A stretch of 45,425 nucleotides of DNA from the NCBI GenBank assembly GCA_000934665.2, contig JYFJ02003175.1, positions 1 to 45,425 of the forward strand, written 5' to 3'. Of the stretch, positions 11,401-22,500 are shown in pieces; the stretch's first letter is position 1, and the number at the start of each line of letters is the position of its first letter. Under the pieces are notes generated by a model. That model was not told the DNA's origin. It saw nothing but the letters and a program-made list of their open reading frames with translations, and did no database searches. A program made the position numbers and the translations under genes. The DNA is from Catajapyx aquilonaris (lineage: Eukaryota).

Positions 11401-14400
11401 CAAATCTCAATCCTAAGACCGCTCCCCTTTTCTAAAAATTAGCAAAGATCTGGACATTCATGAAAACGGCACTTTCAAAGCTAAATATCTGGGATGAAGA
11501 CTGGAAAAAAATTTGAATGCTTTAAACTTTTTAAAGCACTATAATAATGATGATACAGTAGACTCCAGATATAAGAGACTTCAAGGGATTCAGTAATCAG
11601 CATGCTATAACTGAGGTTTCCTATATCCAAATGCAAAGGCCATAATAATAGATACCCTGCAATAGGTCTCTGGAGCCTTTTAGGGGATCATCTTTCCATT
11701 AACCGTCTTTAATCACTGCCTGTGATGTGATGGATTTTGATTGTTGGAGGAACCAGGAGAGCACCCAGAAAACCCACGAAAACACAGAGAGAACCCATCA
11801 AAACTCTAGCCAAGACTAGTATCTTCTGTCTGACCCGGGATCGAACTCGGGATCTTACAGGTGGAAGACTGCAGCACTAGACTTACACAGGCCATACATG
11901 GAAGTATGCCTGGACCAGCCTTTCGAGTTGGATATTTATTTATTTATTTATTTTACCCCATTGGGAGAATCGGCACTCTATTAGGGGGGTGGAATACCGC
12001 CATTGGATGGGGCCAAGGATAGAGAAGGAATGAAATGGCTGTGGCCTATTGTACAGAAGCAACCTCAGAATTGTCCTGGGGGGACCGTGGAAAACCACAG
12101 AAAACCACGGTCAGGATCACTGGCCCTGGGAATCGAACCCAGGACCTCCCGATTACAGTCGGACTCCTTAACCACTACACCAACCTTCTTCAGGCTGGAG
12201 TTGGATATACAGTATAACTAGGAGTTGCGTACAGGCAAGGCTCTTATATCTGGAGTCGACTATGCACCAAAAATTTGGAGTTTGAAATTTTAATTAGGTT
12301 TCTAAAAAATCTACTGGCATGTATTGGTATCATCCCAGTGCATAGATGTAAAAGAAAAACCCAATTTTCAAATTACGTTTCTCTTCGCCCCATGACGATA
12401 AGTAAATTGGAACCAAGATGTTTCAGTTTATGCCACGAGGGCGCCCCCCCCCACACCACCANTTAAAATTACAAAAAATGCTCTGCCATGTAAAACAAAT
12501 ATGGCAACCAATCAAAAACTCAAAACCATAAAATTAAAATATAATGATCACTTTGAATGACCAACATGTTAGGGCAATTGCACGAAAAACATCAAATTTT
12601 TAAAACAGGCAAGCAACCAAGTTGTACCAATTCATATGGATTGACTGACTACTCACTGATAGTTGCCCTGCCTACCTGATACATTATTATTTACATATGC
12701 TCTTTCCTTCACCAAGTCCCAATCCTTCCTGTTCCTCCCATCCATGCACCACACTATTACTTTATGTATAAAAAATTTAAGCCTGATATGGACGGACTTT
12801 CATATCGGCTGACCAAAATTTGGAGGGGAGGAGTAAGCTGTACACAATGTACCCATGACCTAACTTTCCTTCCCGGCAGATACAGGCCTATCTTCAGCGG
12901 ATACAGGCCTAGGAAATTAGGTGAAAGTACGGCTTCAGCCGATATGAAAGTGTAGCCCCTGATATTATGTATATTATCTGCTTCATTCATGTGCATTCTG
13001 GCATCAGTTATACCTTGACAGTATCTGCAGTGTGAGGCAGGGAGTTATTTTCCTTTCTGTTCAGTAACATCACAACACAATGATGTGGAATAAATAACAC
13101 AAGTGTTGTGCGTTACAAAATTCAGCCCCTAAACAAGCTTTCCAAAATTGCATGCAGCTCACTGCCCCAATATTACATGGAAGTGGAGCAGGAACAACTG
13201 GAAATAAGCATCCACAACTTTTTGCTGATCCAGACGCACGCTAAATTCTGAAACATGTGGTGTAATATTGATATGCCATGAAGGGAGGGCTGGCATGGTG
13301 TCAAGTGTCTTGCATATGGACCTTACATCAGAGAAAAACATTCAATGCAATATATACAGTAGATTCCTAACTGTATGTGAAATATCTGATTCTTTGAGGT
13401 ACACAATGTCTAGTACATGAAATTAATGTCTGTAGCACATGCACATTGCCACTACCAAACCACAGAAAGTCTCTCACATAAGATTCAAGTAAACATATTA
13501 TGCCCCTCAGTTTGTTTACAACCAAACCAAAGCGAAAAAACAAGAATAACACAGACCTCTCTGGTGGCTTTGCGATGCGGTGAGAAGACACGCAGAAAGT
13601 CCCTGGGCAGAGGACCCAGCAATGGTGGGTTCCAGCCCTTCACCACTCTCAGCGCAGGGCCAAGGTGGGCTGCCGCGGCTGCCGCCCCTGGGCTACCTTC
13701 ACCTCCTCCAGCTATGGGACTGGACTTGGCAGGAGATTGCTTTTGGGAGGGACTGGCCACTGGAGTTGGCCCTCTGCAATAATGAATACAAGTCATTACT
13801 GGAGGGATGCGGAATTCGTAGAGCTCCATCCTGATGAGACAGGCTGTCTGAGAATGAGAACTTTTGGCAGCAACACGACAAGTTTCAATGCTGTTGCACC
13901 CAAAAATAGGTATGGGAGACTTTAGTTTGAATTGCAAAACTTTACAACTAAATGAACTTCAGTGTAGCTGATGCAACACATATACAGTATATCTCTTTTG
14001 TTTTCTAGGCAGTAAAATCACAAGTTGGCAGGACTCCTACAGTACAATGGCCTCAATCTGGCATCACATGGCATTGCAAATATATTTTTTTGTTGCAAAA
14101 CTCTCACTGGAATGGCAACAAAGTAAAATAATGGGAGAAAGTAAAAGCACATGATCAACATAGTGTGGAAAATTGTTTTCAAAAATAATGCACCTTTACC
14201 TCGTGTTAAAGCTACAAGAAGTTTTGGCAAGGTTATATTTCTGTACTGACCCATATAAACAACTTTGCCACTATGAGGGATTAATAATAGGGAAAAGGAA
14301 GTGGCAGTGGCATATTTTTGGTAACTGTCTTGGCAATCGTAAGATCTGACCAAAGAACACTCCAGCTAATCCTGAGCCACGACCTCTAAATGTCTAACTG

Positions 14401-17400
14401 ACACCTAACTTACTACATGAAATTACCTTCATAATTTATGAACATTCAATTAATATAGTACTTCATTTGATTTCTAACTGAACACAAAGCATGACAAATA
14501 TCTCAAGTAGCCTGCAACTAATTCACTAATTGACAGTTTATTAACAGCAGAACTTAATCTGGCGCATAGGTCAGGGGTACGTACAGGTAAAGAAAATAAA
14601 AACAAATTATTGCCTCAGTGTAAACAAGGCTGCAATAATGTGAAGCTGCCAAAAGATAAATGAACTGTGTATAACAAATGCTGTTAGTACAGTGAACCCA
14701 AGCAAATAGTTGTGTTGTACACACCTTGCAGACGGTGATGTAGAGAGTGAAGGTGAGGTGTCCACTTTCTTGGGTGGCGAAGTAAGATCAGCTTTCTTCA
14801 GTGGAGACATGGCGCCACTGGTGTCCCCACTGCCATCCTCCGAAAGGTCAAGTAAGGGTGGGTCATCTTCCTTCAGATGGGCGGCATCCTGCTGCTCGAT
14901 CTCCTTCCGGATTCGCTCATTCTCATTGTCTGTGCTCATGGCCAGAAGCTGGTCTATGGTTGTGTCAACGGCGCCTTGATTCGCTCTTAGCACCGCCTAA
15001 AACAATAAGGGTTTCTTAGTAAATCAACCAATTGGTGAGGGTCGACCCTCAATAATCCAAACAGAGGAACCCACTGAAACTCTGTCCACATGAGAACCTC
15101 ATATGCCCAATCTGGGGATGAAACTTGGGATACAGATGTGACATGTCATGGCCTAAACCACCACAGCATCCTGCCACCAAGAAGGAGGGTTGTCTAACTT
15201 TTGTATCCTTGCAATTCTCTACATTCAAGTGTCCCCCTCTACTACAAAGTTCCCCAAGAGATGTTAAAATTAAATATACAGTAAAACTTCTATAAGTCAA
15301 ATCTCCATAGGACCGGGAAGATTCGAGTTAGAAAAGATTTGAATTTTTAAAGCACATAACTCTATAAGGAACCTTTATATCCAGCGACGAAAGGTGTTCA
15401 AAACTTAAAAATAACTGGCGCTATCACACTACAATGTTCCTCATCGTTTTGTTGGAAAAGAAACTCTGTTAAGGACATTTGCCTACTCTTAGATCGGCTT
15501 TCGCTCTTACTAAAGGATTCAATTGTCACAATCGAGTCAAACACTTGTTTCAGTACACGGAGATCAGGAAATTGAGCCTTTCTGTACATGTGGCCTACTC
15601 TCGACCCTTCGGCTGGGAAATGAGAAAATTTTCCGTACTCGCCAACATGAACTTCGACGTAGGTAGACTGAAAATCCATTGATATCCCACCGTAAGGCCC
15701 TGTCTGGACTTCGAGTTAGGGAAGTTAGACTTATAGAAGTTTTACTGTATTATTATCAAGCATGTATTGACTTTGTGCCCTCAACTTTGACCTAAAAAAA
15801 ATGACAATATTGGAAAAAAATTGGAAACATTTAAAACAACAAAGAAAATCGAAAGAGCAACACGCCATGCATTGCGACTGCTGCCCCAGAGATGTAATGA
15901 GTTAAAACATGAAAAATCTGGGTGCAAAAATACCTGCCCTTAAAACAGAACGAAATGTTACGTCTCTGACTTGAACGTGCATGTTACATTGCAAATCCTC
16001 ATAAATCTCGTTGAGACCGTGGCTGAGAAGAGGTTTACTGCATGCAATATTGATTGCAACCACACTTCAATGAAATGAAATCAAGGCAAGCACGTAGGAA
16101 TTCCACTTAATCTTAATATCATGAGAGAACAAATCAGGCACTGCAAAAGTGATGAAAGGTCATATTAGTATGCATGCAACAATAGGGTACAATTGCATCA
16201 TGGACATCCTGCAACACTATGCTTTCACCCTTATTAGAATGAGCAAGTCAAATATCCCAGCCCCAAGCTTTGGAAGAGAAAATCACTTTGTTCAAATTCA
16301 CTCTTCCCAGCAGAGTCTTGTACTCAAGTGGTCCTCAAAATGCAGCCCATCTGGCCCACTAGTGGGGTGTGAACTCACCAAATTATGTAAATTTTCATTT
16401 GAGTTCGTACTGGCAAACAAAAATGTTTACAGTGGGCAACAATCAAAAAATGCTTGAGAAAAACTGGCCTACATTCATATATTTTCAACTACGGCGCTTG
16501 GACATAATCATTACATAATGTTAAAATATATCGACAAGATACAGTCACTTTTGCAGGGAGGAAAGAAAATCTTACAAATGGCCAGGTTGATACTATTGAT
16601 TTTTCTCCTATGTAATGCATTTTGCCAAAGCCATTTTCGCATGAATAATTTGTTGGAGAATGACCATGCAAGGAGACCACCTACCAATTTTGACTGGAAG
16701 TGCATATTTACGAGGTATGCTGTCTTTATCACTACCCCCCTTTATCACTGCCCCAACCTAAAGTAACCTCAGGTGATAATGTGCTTGCAAATGTGTCATG
16801 TCACACATAAGATAACGTGTCAAATGCGTAACAACTTTTAACATATGAAAATTACTGCGTTTTGGGATCACCTTATTACTTATTAGAGACAGTGCACCAT
16901 AACAACATTGCACAATATATTGTGAGCAATCTTGTAAAGGAAAATAGAGTAATCTTTTTTTCCACTAGTGTCACATACAGTCTGTTACAGGATTACCTTT
17001 CCACATGAGACGGAGAAATTAGCCTCCAGCAGAGGTGCTGCCTCCCCTGATGCAATGACTCACACTCCCCCAGGTAGCACCTCTGTCGGAGGCTAATTTC
17101 TCCGCCTCATGTGGAAAAGTAATGCTTTAACCAACTGTACGTGTGACGCCTTTTCTAGGCCTTGACTCATTAAAACCCTACTTGGCAGTACATGCAATTT
17201 CTGCAGGAATGTTGTTAAGTGTATTGAATATGTTACAGTGGTAAAGCACACAGATCTGTGGTATGGAAATTCATTAACGACCATAACATCCTAATCAGTA
17301 CAATTACCCAACAGTGCGCTCACTTGCATTTGCTCGTGGCTAGATCCCATGGCCTACCCGCAGCCTGCAAGGATACTCTACCTCTATAACGTCGTCGTCC

Positions 17401-17480
17401 ATATCAGGGAACATGGTCTTGAAGTCGGCCATGGCTTGGTGGAACTCAAGCTGTGTGGTCTGCTGCTGAACTGCGGCCAT
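5419..17480 (-). CDS. CUEDC1: CUE domain-containing protein 1, about 423 aa
   Basis: Exons 17382-17480, 14725-14996, 13557-13773, 7166-7364, 6932-7009, 6356-6481, 5972-6153, 5419-5517; all GT-AG and phase-consistent. CUE domain LEFHQAMADFKTMFPDMDDDVIEAVLRANQGAVDTTIDQLLAM, plus family motifs WNPPLLGPLPRDFLR, YLEDERIALFLQNEEFMQELRRNKDF and DDALFKEKLRNMGKMSRKKFAQLARVF. Confidence 0.95.
7478..7727 (-). CDS. CUEDC1: Candidate alternative coding exon of CUEDC1
   Basis: Open frame MREEVVLETG...CDEIELKEQ ends at a CAG|gtagaa donor in phase 0, 113 nt upstream of the 7364 acceptor and in frame with it. The acceptor tgtgtcag| at 7727 fits the phase-2 end of exon 2. Confidence 0.55.
10466..11039. mobile_element. 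Tc1/mariner (pogo/Tigger-like) MITE, copy 1
   Basis: TIRs AGTAAAACTTCTATAAGTC / GACTCATAGAAGTTTTACTG. Colinear and highly similar to 15279-15747. Confidence 0.85.
11720..11897 (-). mobile_element. tRNA-derived SINE with V-domain-like core
   Basis: Minus strand has B box GAGTTCGATCCC followed by GAGTTTTGATGGGTTCTCTCTGTGTTTTCGTGGGTTTTCTGGGTGCTCTCCTGGTTCCTCCAACA, resembling the V-SINE central domain. Confidence 0.6.
11936..12197 (-). mobile_element. Apparently full-length tRNA-derived SINE
   Basis: A box TGGTGTAGTGG, CTGTAAT loop, B box GGTTCGATTCC, body GTGGTTTTCTGTGGTTTTCC...TAGGCCACAGCC and (AAAT)n tail. An 11-bp TSD, GAGTTGGATAT, lies at 11925-11935 and 12198-12208. Confidence 0.85.
12790..12961. 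mobile_element. Partial MITE with hAT-like CAGGG terminus
   Basis: Inverted repeat CTTTCATATCGGCTGA (about 12797) / TCAGCCGATATGAAAG (about 12935), ending GTAGCCCCTG. Confidence 0.45.
15279..15747. mobile_element. Tc1/mariner (pogo/Tigger-like) MITE, copy 2
   Basis: TA|CAGTAAAACTTCTATAAGTC ... GACTTATAGAAGTTTTACTG|TA, with perfect 20-bp TIRs and TA TSD. Confidence 0.9.
16992..17123. repeat. 132-bp inverted repeat (hairpin) in CUEDC1 intron 1
   Basis: 52-bp arms at 16992-17043 and 17072-17123 with 5 mismatches, and a 28-nt loop. Confidence 0.85.
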
Positions 17481-18070
17481 CCTCAACCCGCCAGCAGGGA
17501 CGCAGTGACAAGCGCAGTGGGCCGCCCGGGGTCTGAAGCAGCGATGCACATCAACCTCCCTTCCTCCTCCTCCTCGACCACGATGGCTACTGGCAGGATT
17601 CCTCCGAGTCAACTGTCCCCAGCAGAACGCAGTGTCCCGAAGGTGAGGTCATGGCAGCACGGGAGTGTCCTCGCACCCATTTAACGGATTAATCACCTGC
17701 CCAGCGTTTCCGTCACATGTCTCCGCAGCTGTTGCCCCCAGTCCCTGCAGCACCGGGGGGGGGACAGGCCCTCCGTCTCTGGCGCCCCGTGCCCGGATCC
17801 GCTCAGGCCCTGCAACACCCCGAAATCCGACGGATCTATTGGCCTGAAAAGCAATGGACGAAAAAAGAACGGCCGCCTTCCAACCGCCACACTTCGGAAC
17901 TGTTCCGAATTATCCATGCAGATAAATGCAAATTAATTTAAACAAAAGCTATCTTCAATAACACCATGAAATTATTTACATGCTAAATATGCATTAGCAA
18001 AAGGATATCCGCCAGAATATGTAGCCGTTCAAAATGCCAGGGGCAGGAATGCAGTTTGGCCACAACAAGC
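17481..18070. promoter_or_regulatory. Bidirectional promoter/5' UTR region shared by CUEDC1 and mRpS23
   Basis: Only 590 bp separate the divergent start codons. GC/CpG-rich left half and an ATTGG (CCAAT) box near 17838. Confidence 0.65.
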
Positions 18071-18899
18071 ATGGCGTCGAGTAGGCTTGAAAAGATCGGA
18101 ACAATTTATTCCAGGTAGGATTCGCACAAGAGCATGAGTTATAAGCGTCATTATTAATGATTTAGCCAATTAGTCACTGACTGAAGATTGAGGGGAAATA
18201 TGCAAACTGCCCTTGCAGGGTTGCAGGACTGCTGCGGTCTGGAGCGTTGAAGCAGGAGGACAAGCCGCTGTGGTTCGACATATTCAAGGCATTTCCTCCC
18301 AAGTATGAGCCGCGATTTGATCGGCCGGCGCCTGAGGAGCAGGTGAAACAGATCCTGTACAAGGAAGATGCTGTCAGAGCGTAAGGCATGCCCTACGGCA
18401 TTTGTTTACACTCCTTGTAGCATCAACCGAGGTGCTCTCTTATATTAGTGCAATAGCTGGTATCCTTTAAGAGGTATATGAACCCGTAAGGACATGGTGT
18501 ATCGACTAATGCTCTCTCCGCCTTTTCAGAAAATTTTACAAGGCGTTTGGCAATGTTGGTGTCATAAACATGGCTGATCAGTCGAGCCAGTCAGTGTCCC
18601 AAGCGTTTGTGGAGCGATGGGAAGCGATGCGGTTGAAGGAAGGGAGCAGCATTTCTGATGATGACATGTTCAAGAAAGTGGTGGATTCGTTTGAATCCGA
18701 AGGGTTTTATTTGGACAGACAGAAGGCGGCTGACATGAGGCAGAGGGAAAGGGAGGAGCAAAGGGAAAGGGAGGAGTGGAGTGAGACGCCTGATGCTGAA
18801 CCTAAGAAACTGTCCGCCCTGTTTGAAGAGGCTCAGGCTGAATCTTCCATCAAAATAAACCTGAAGAAAATTTTTGAAGATGCAGATAAGAAAGTGTAA
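18071..18899 (+). CDS. MRPS23: 28S mitochondrial ribosomal protein S23 (mS23), 191 aa
   Basis: Exons 18071-18114, 18219-18380, 18530-18899. MASSRLEKIGTIYSRVAGLLRSGALKQEDKPLWFDIFKAFPPKYEPRFDRPAPEEQVKQILYKEDAVRAKFYK matches the MRP-S23 N-terminal signature. Confidence 0.95.
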
Positions 18900-19572
18900 G
18901 CTAGATTCCAGTCAATATATGCAGTAGTGTGCCCTTACATTTGGCATTTTTTGGTGTTTAAAACTAATGTTATTCACCATGCCCGGTAAACTTGCAATTT
19001 TTGGTAAACATTGCCCAAATGTGTGAACAAAGCAGTGTAACAATTTATTGTATATGAACTACTGTTTTTTTCATCACCCTGTGTTCCCATTATTAATGCC
19101 TCTTACGTAACTGAACATGGGAGGGACACTGCAAAAGGATACAATCTTTAAACATCTTTAATAACAATAATTGCAAAACTAATGCATTTCAGCAAACATA
19201 ACTTGAGATACTCTCGAGAGCTCAACATGTGTTAACAATATTATGCTGAATAACATTAATGAAACAAGGGAGGTGTCACATGGTTTTTACCTGATCCAAT
19301 GCTGCTGCTTTACCTACATTACTGTAGAGTGAAAACATTGGAACATTACTTGCCTGAAGTAGGCAAGGAAAAGACTTCCGTTAATTAGACCTGGTCTCAC
19401 CAGTGGACACTTCCAACAGAATTAATATTTTAAAAAAAATTACTCTATTATGACTAGATAACATCAACATTAATTAAAATTCTGAACATGTGCAAAACAA
19501 AACTCGGTAGGAACATAACGATCAAAATGTAACCTTGACACCCAGAAAACACCAGCGGTGTTAAGCTCGGTC

Positions 19573-22500
19573 TCAGTCGTGAAATATGTCGTAGAATGGA
19601 TGCTTCCTATTCTCAAATGACCTGCCAAGAAAATTATGTTGTTATTTACTTGAAAACACCAAACGAATAAAGTCACTGTTGAATACTTGCCCCTGTTGTG
19701 TGCTTTGGGAGAATATATTGCTCCAAAAAGCAGCTGCTGAATTTCTTGGAGCCACCTTTTCATCACGAGCAGTTTCTTTTTTCCGAGGCTCCCAAAAGCT
19801 GACCCCAAAAGTAGGCTTCTTGGCCACTGGGGAAACTTTTTCAGCCAATGCTGTAGGACATGCAGATGCATGTGGCTTTTGGGCAGGGCTGATGTGGCGT
19901 TTCTGTAAGTGCAAAATCAGCATCACAAATTGTATACCAACGCCTATGAAAGTTATGATTTAAAGCCAATTTTGTACTTTGCAGTCACTCCTGAACTCCC
20001 GATATGGTTTTGTGGAGCTGGTTCCATTGGTCATCATTGAAAATGCATTATGGTTTTTCTGTTGATAAGATGTTGATACTTATTATTGTAGCTTTAACTT
20101 GGAAAAAGTAACAATCTTACTTTGGCATTGGAAATTGTGCAATTTTGAAGTGGTTTCCAGAGAACATCACTTGCGACAGACTTGCTTGCAGGTGTTACAT
20201 CCGTTAGTCTAGCAACCTTTAGGTTCTCCTTTACTTCACTGGTCTTTGAAAACCCCCTTGGGATGCAGGGCTTGCTTGTGAAGCTGGAAAATGCCTTGAA
20301 GGAAAGAAAGCGATGTTGAAACTGCATTGCGGTTCTGAATGTACTATCGAGATGTAGCAGGTGGTGGTTGCTTACAGAACAGGGCACTTTTCTCAGAGGA
20401 TTAGGTTTCCACTCAAATGAGTTTTGAGGATGTGCTTCCTGGCCAATCATGTTTCCTTCACTTTCATGCACACCATTATTTATGATTGTATCCTTTGGTT
20501 TTTGGAAGTCATGCCCAGATGAAATCTTGTTGTTTTTCACTGACTGACAAAATCCTTGTTGAGCCACTTTGGTAGGCTTCAGAGGTTGTGCCTCTAAAAT
20601 TTTATGGAAGTCGTTATAGGTTTAGAACATACAAGAAACTATGCATTTTTAAATAATATATGCTACAGGCATGTAATGTGCTACAAAATCAGAAATGATG
20701 ATCATACAATAGTCAGCCAGTCAATGGATCATGACTTTTCCTTAAGGTGACCTGGGGTCTTTCAACACCCCATGTGCAATTTTTTTGTTATAAAATGTTT
20801 CATTGTAGTTAGGTATATGATTTTTTAAATTCCGTTCTACGGCAGCTAGAGAGTTGAAAATTAAACCAAATTGTAGAAAACAGTTGCAGGTGTTGTGTAA
20901 AAGAATTAAAAAGCAAATATTTATCATTAAAGGCAATTTATATTTAAAAAATCCCCTGGGGTCTTTAAACACCCCAGGTCACCGTGAGTGTTAGGATTTT
21001 CCAGGTCACTAGTTAAGGGTTAAAAAGGGGTAGTCAGTGACAGAAGTAAATGATTAGGTATGCTTAAAAGAATGAATAAACAAATGAATAGATAAATAAA
21101 CAACAGCCAATGAAATATTATACAATTTGATAATAGGCACACTCTTATGCTTCAGACAGCTATACCTGATTGAGCCATTTCTATTTAGGCACGCCCTTAA
21201 CTCCTCTTACCAACTACCAATTGATTTGACCAACCAGTGAAGTGCAGAAATTACCTGTAGGTGGAGATGAATTGAAGAAAGCATCAAAGTCAATATTGTC
21301 TTCTAGGGCAGGTACTTTTTCTATAAATATGTCATCATCATGGAAAGGTAAGGAGAAAATGTCCTCTAAATCAGCGAAATCATCCGGTATATTATGCACT
21401 TCGGTCTTGTTTTCTGGCCTGTAAAATTGATTCAATCATAATATAGCAGAGCATACTGCTCATGTACACAAAATTGCAGCTGCAATTAAATAGGTCACCT
21501 GATCTGGGTGTAGTTGCATGTTTGTGGAACTGTTTGTTGTTTGTTCATCACTCCAGGAGCGGTATAAAAGTCATCCATAACATTCTCCAGATCCATTGCC
21601 ATTATTTCATCTATTTCTGCTGCTTCACGATCTGAGAGCTGTTCCTTATTGCTGAAATATTATTTATGCCAGCAATGTTTATTAATTTCTCCAACAAATA
21701 CTCAGATCTTACCCCATCTGCCCTGAAGGCGTTGATCCGGGACCCTGAATGACTCCGTTACGTACTGTCCCTCTTACTTTTGGAGGTGGCAGCAATCTAG
21801 GCAAACTCGCACGAGTTTTACTGTACTCAAACTTACTCAGGTCCTTCTGGGGATGAAACATTATTCTGCCACTAAATAAAAAATTCTACCATGACAGATA
21901 TCTATTGCAATACTGAAAATGAACATAACCAGAACTACTATAGTGTAACCAATCTAATACAAAATCATATCAATATATTGATCAACTCTTCAGTAAGAAC
22001 TTGGAACACCATACAAGTACCTAAATGGTGCACAAAATGCCCTGGCATACCTCATTGCCGCTGAGACCATGAAACGCATTCCAGAGCCCATATCGAGGTA
22101 CAGTTTAAATTATTTTTAACATGTAGGCTAATTTATACTGTACTACAATCATCATGGATGTGTTACCTGTGCCTCCGCTTGTGAAGAGTCTCTCACGATC
22201 TTGGCCTTCTCCCTCAGTTTGTTGGCACTTGGAGCAGCTCGATTTATGGCCTTCGATCCCTGTTTTACTCCCAGCTGCAGTGAAGTTAAAAACCAGTGTT
22301 TAGAACAACATGCACCATCTTACTATGCTACTTGTGTACAGTCGTACCAACCTTGCAACAAATATGCTTGCACGCTTGCTTGTCATTGCAATGGTGTTTG
22401 CATTGTGTCATTGTGTATTGGGAGCCTCCCACCATCGAAGGAGGTATACTGGCTGCTCCTAAGGACAATAATTCAAAATTTAAACACACTCAATATGCCT

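Larger units (their letters stand above)
11556..12262. mobile_element. Tc1/mariner (pogo/Tigger-like) MITE containing two SINE insertions
   Basis: TA|CAGTAGACTCCAGATATAAGAG at the left; CTCTTATATCTGGAGTCGACTA at the right. Confidence 0.7.
10378..12647. mobile_element. Old non-autonomous DNA transposon with long (about 170-bp) degenerate TIRs, hosting nested elements
   Basis: 10378-10465 plus 11040-11125 is the reverse complement of about 12475-12647; shared blocks include GGTACAACTTGGTTGCTTG, CCCTAACATGTTGGT and ATTTGTTTTA.ATGGC. Confidence 0.65.

Noticed and set aside
12110..12190. Possible tRNA-Tyr(GTA) gene; also a tRNA-like sequence at about 100-175
   Set aside because: Poor acceptor stem, and it continues into a SINE body with tail and TSD, so these are SINE heads.
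22050..22130. Possible additional small HFM1 exon ending at GAG|gtatgc
   Set aside because: No acceptor gives an open, phase-compatible frame, and the flanking exons already join in frame.
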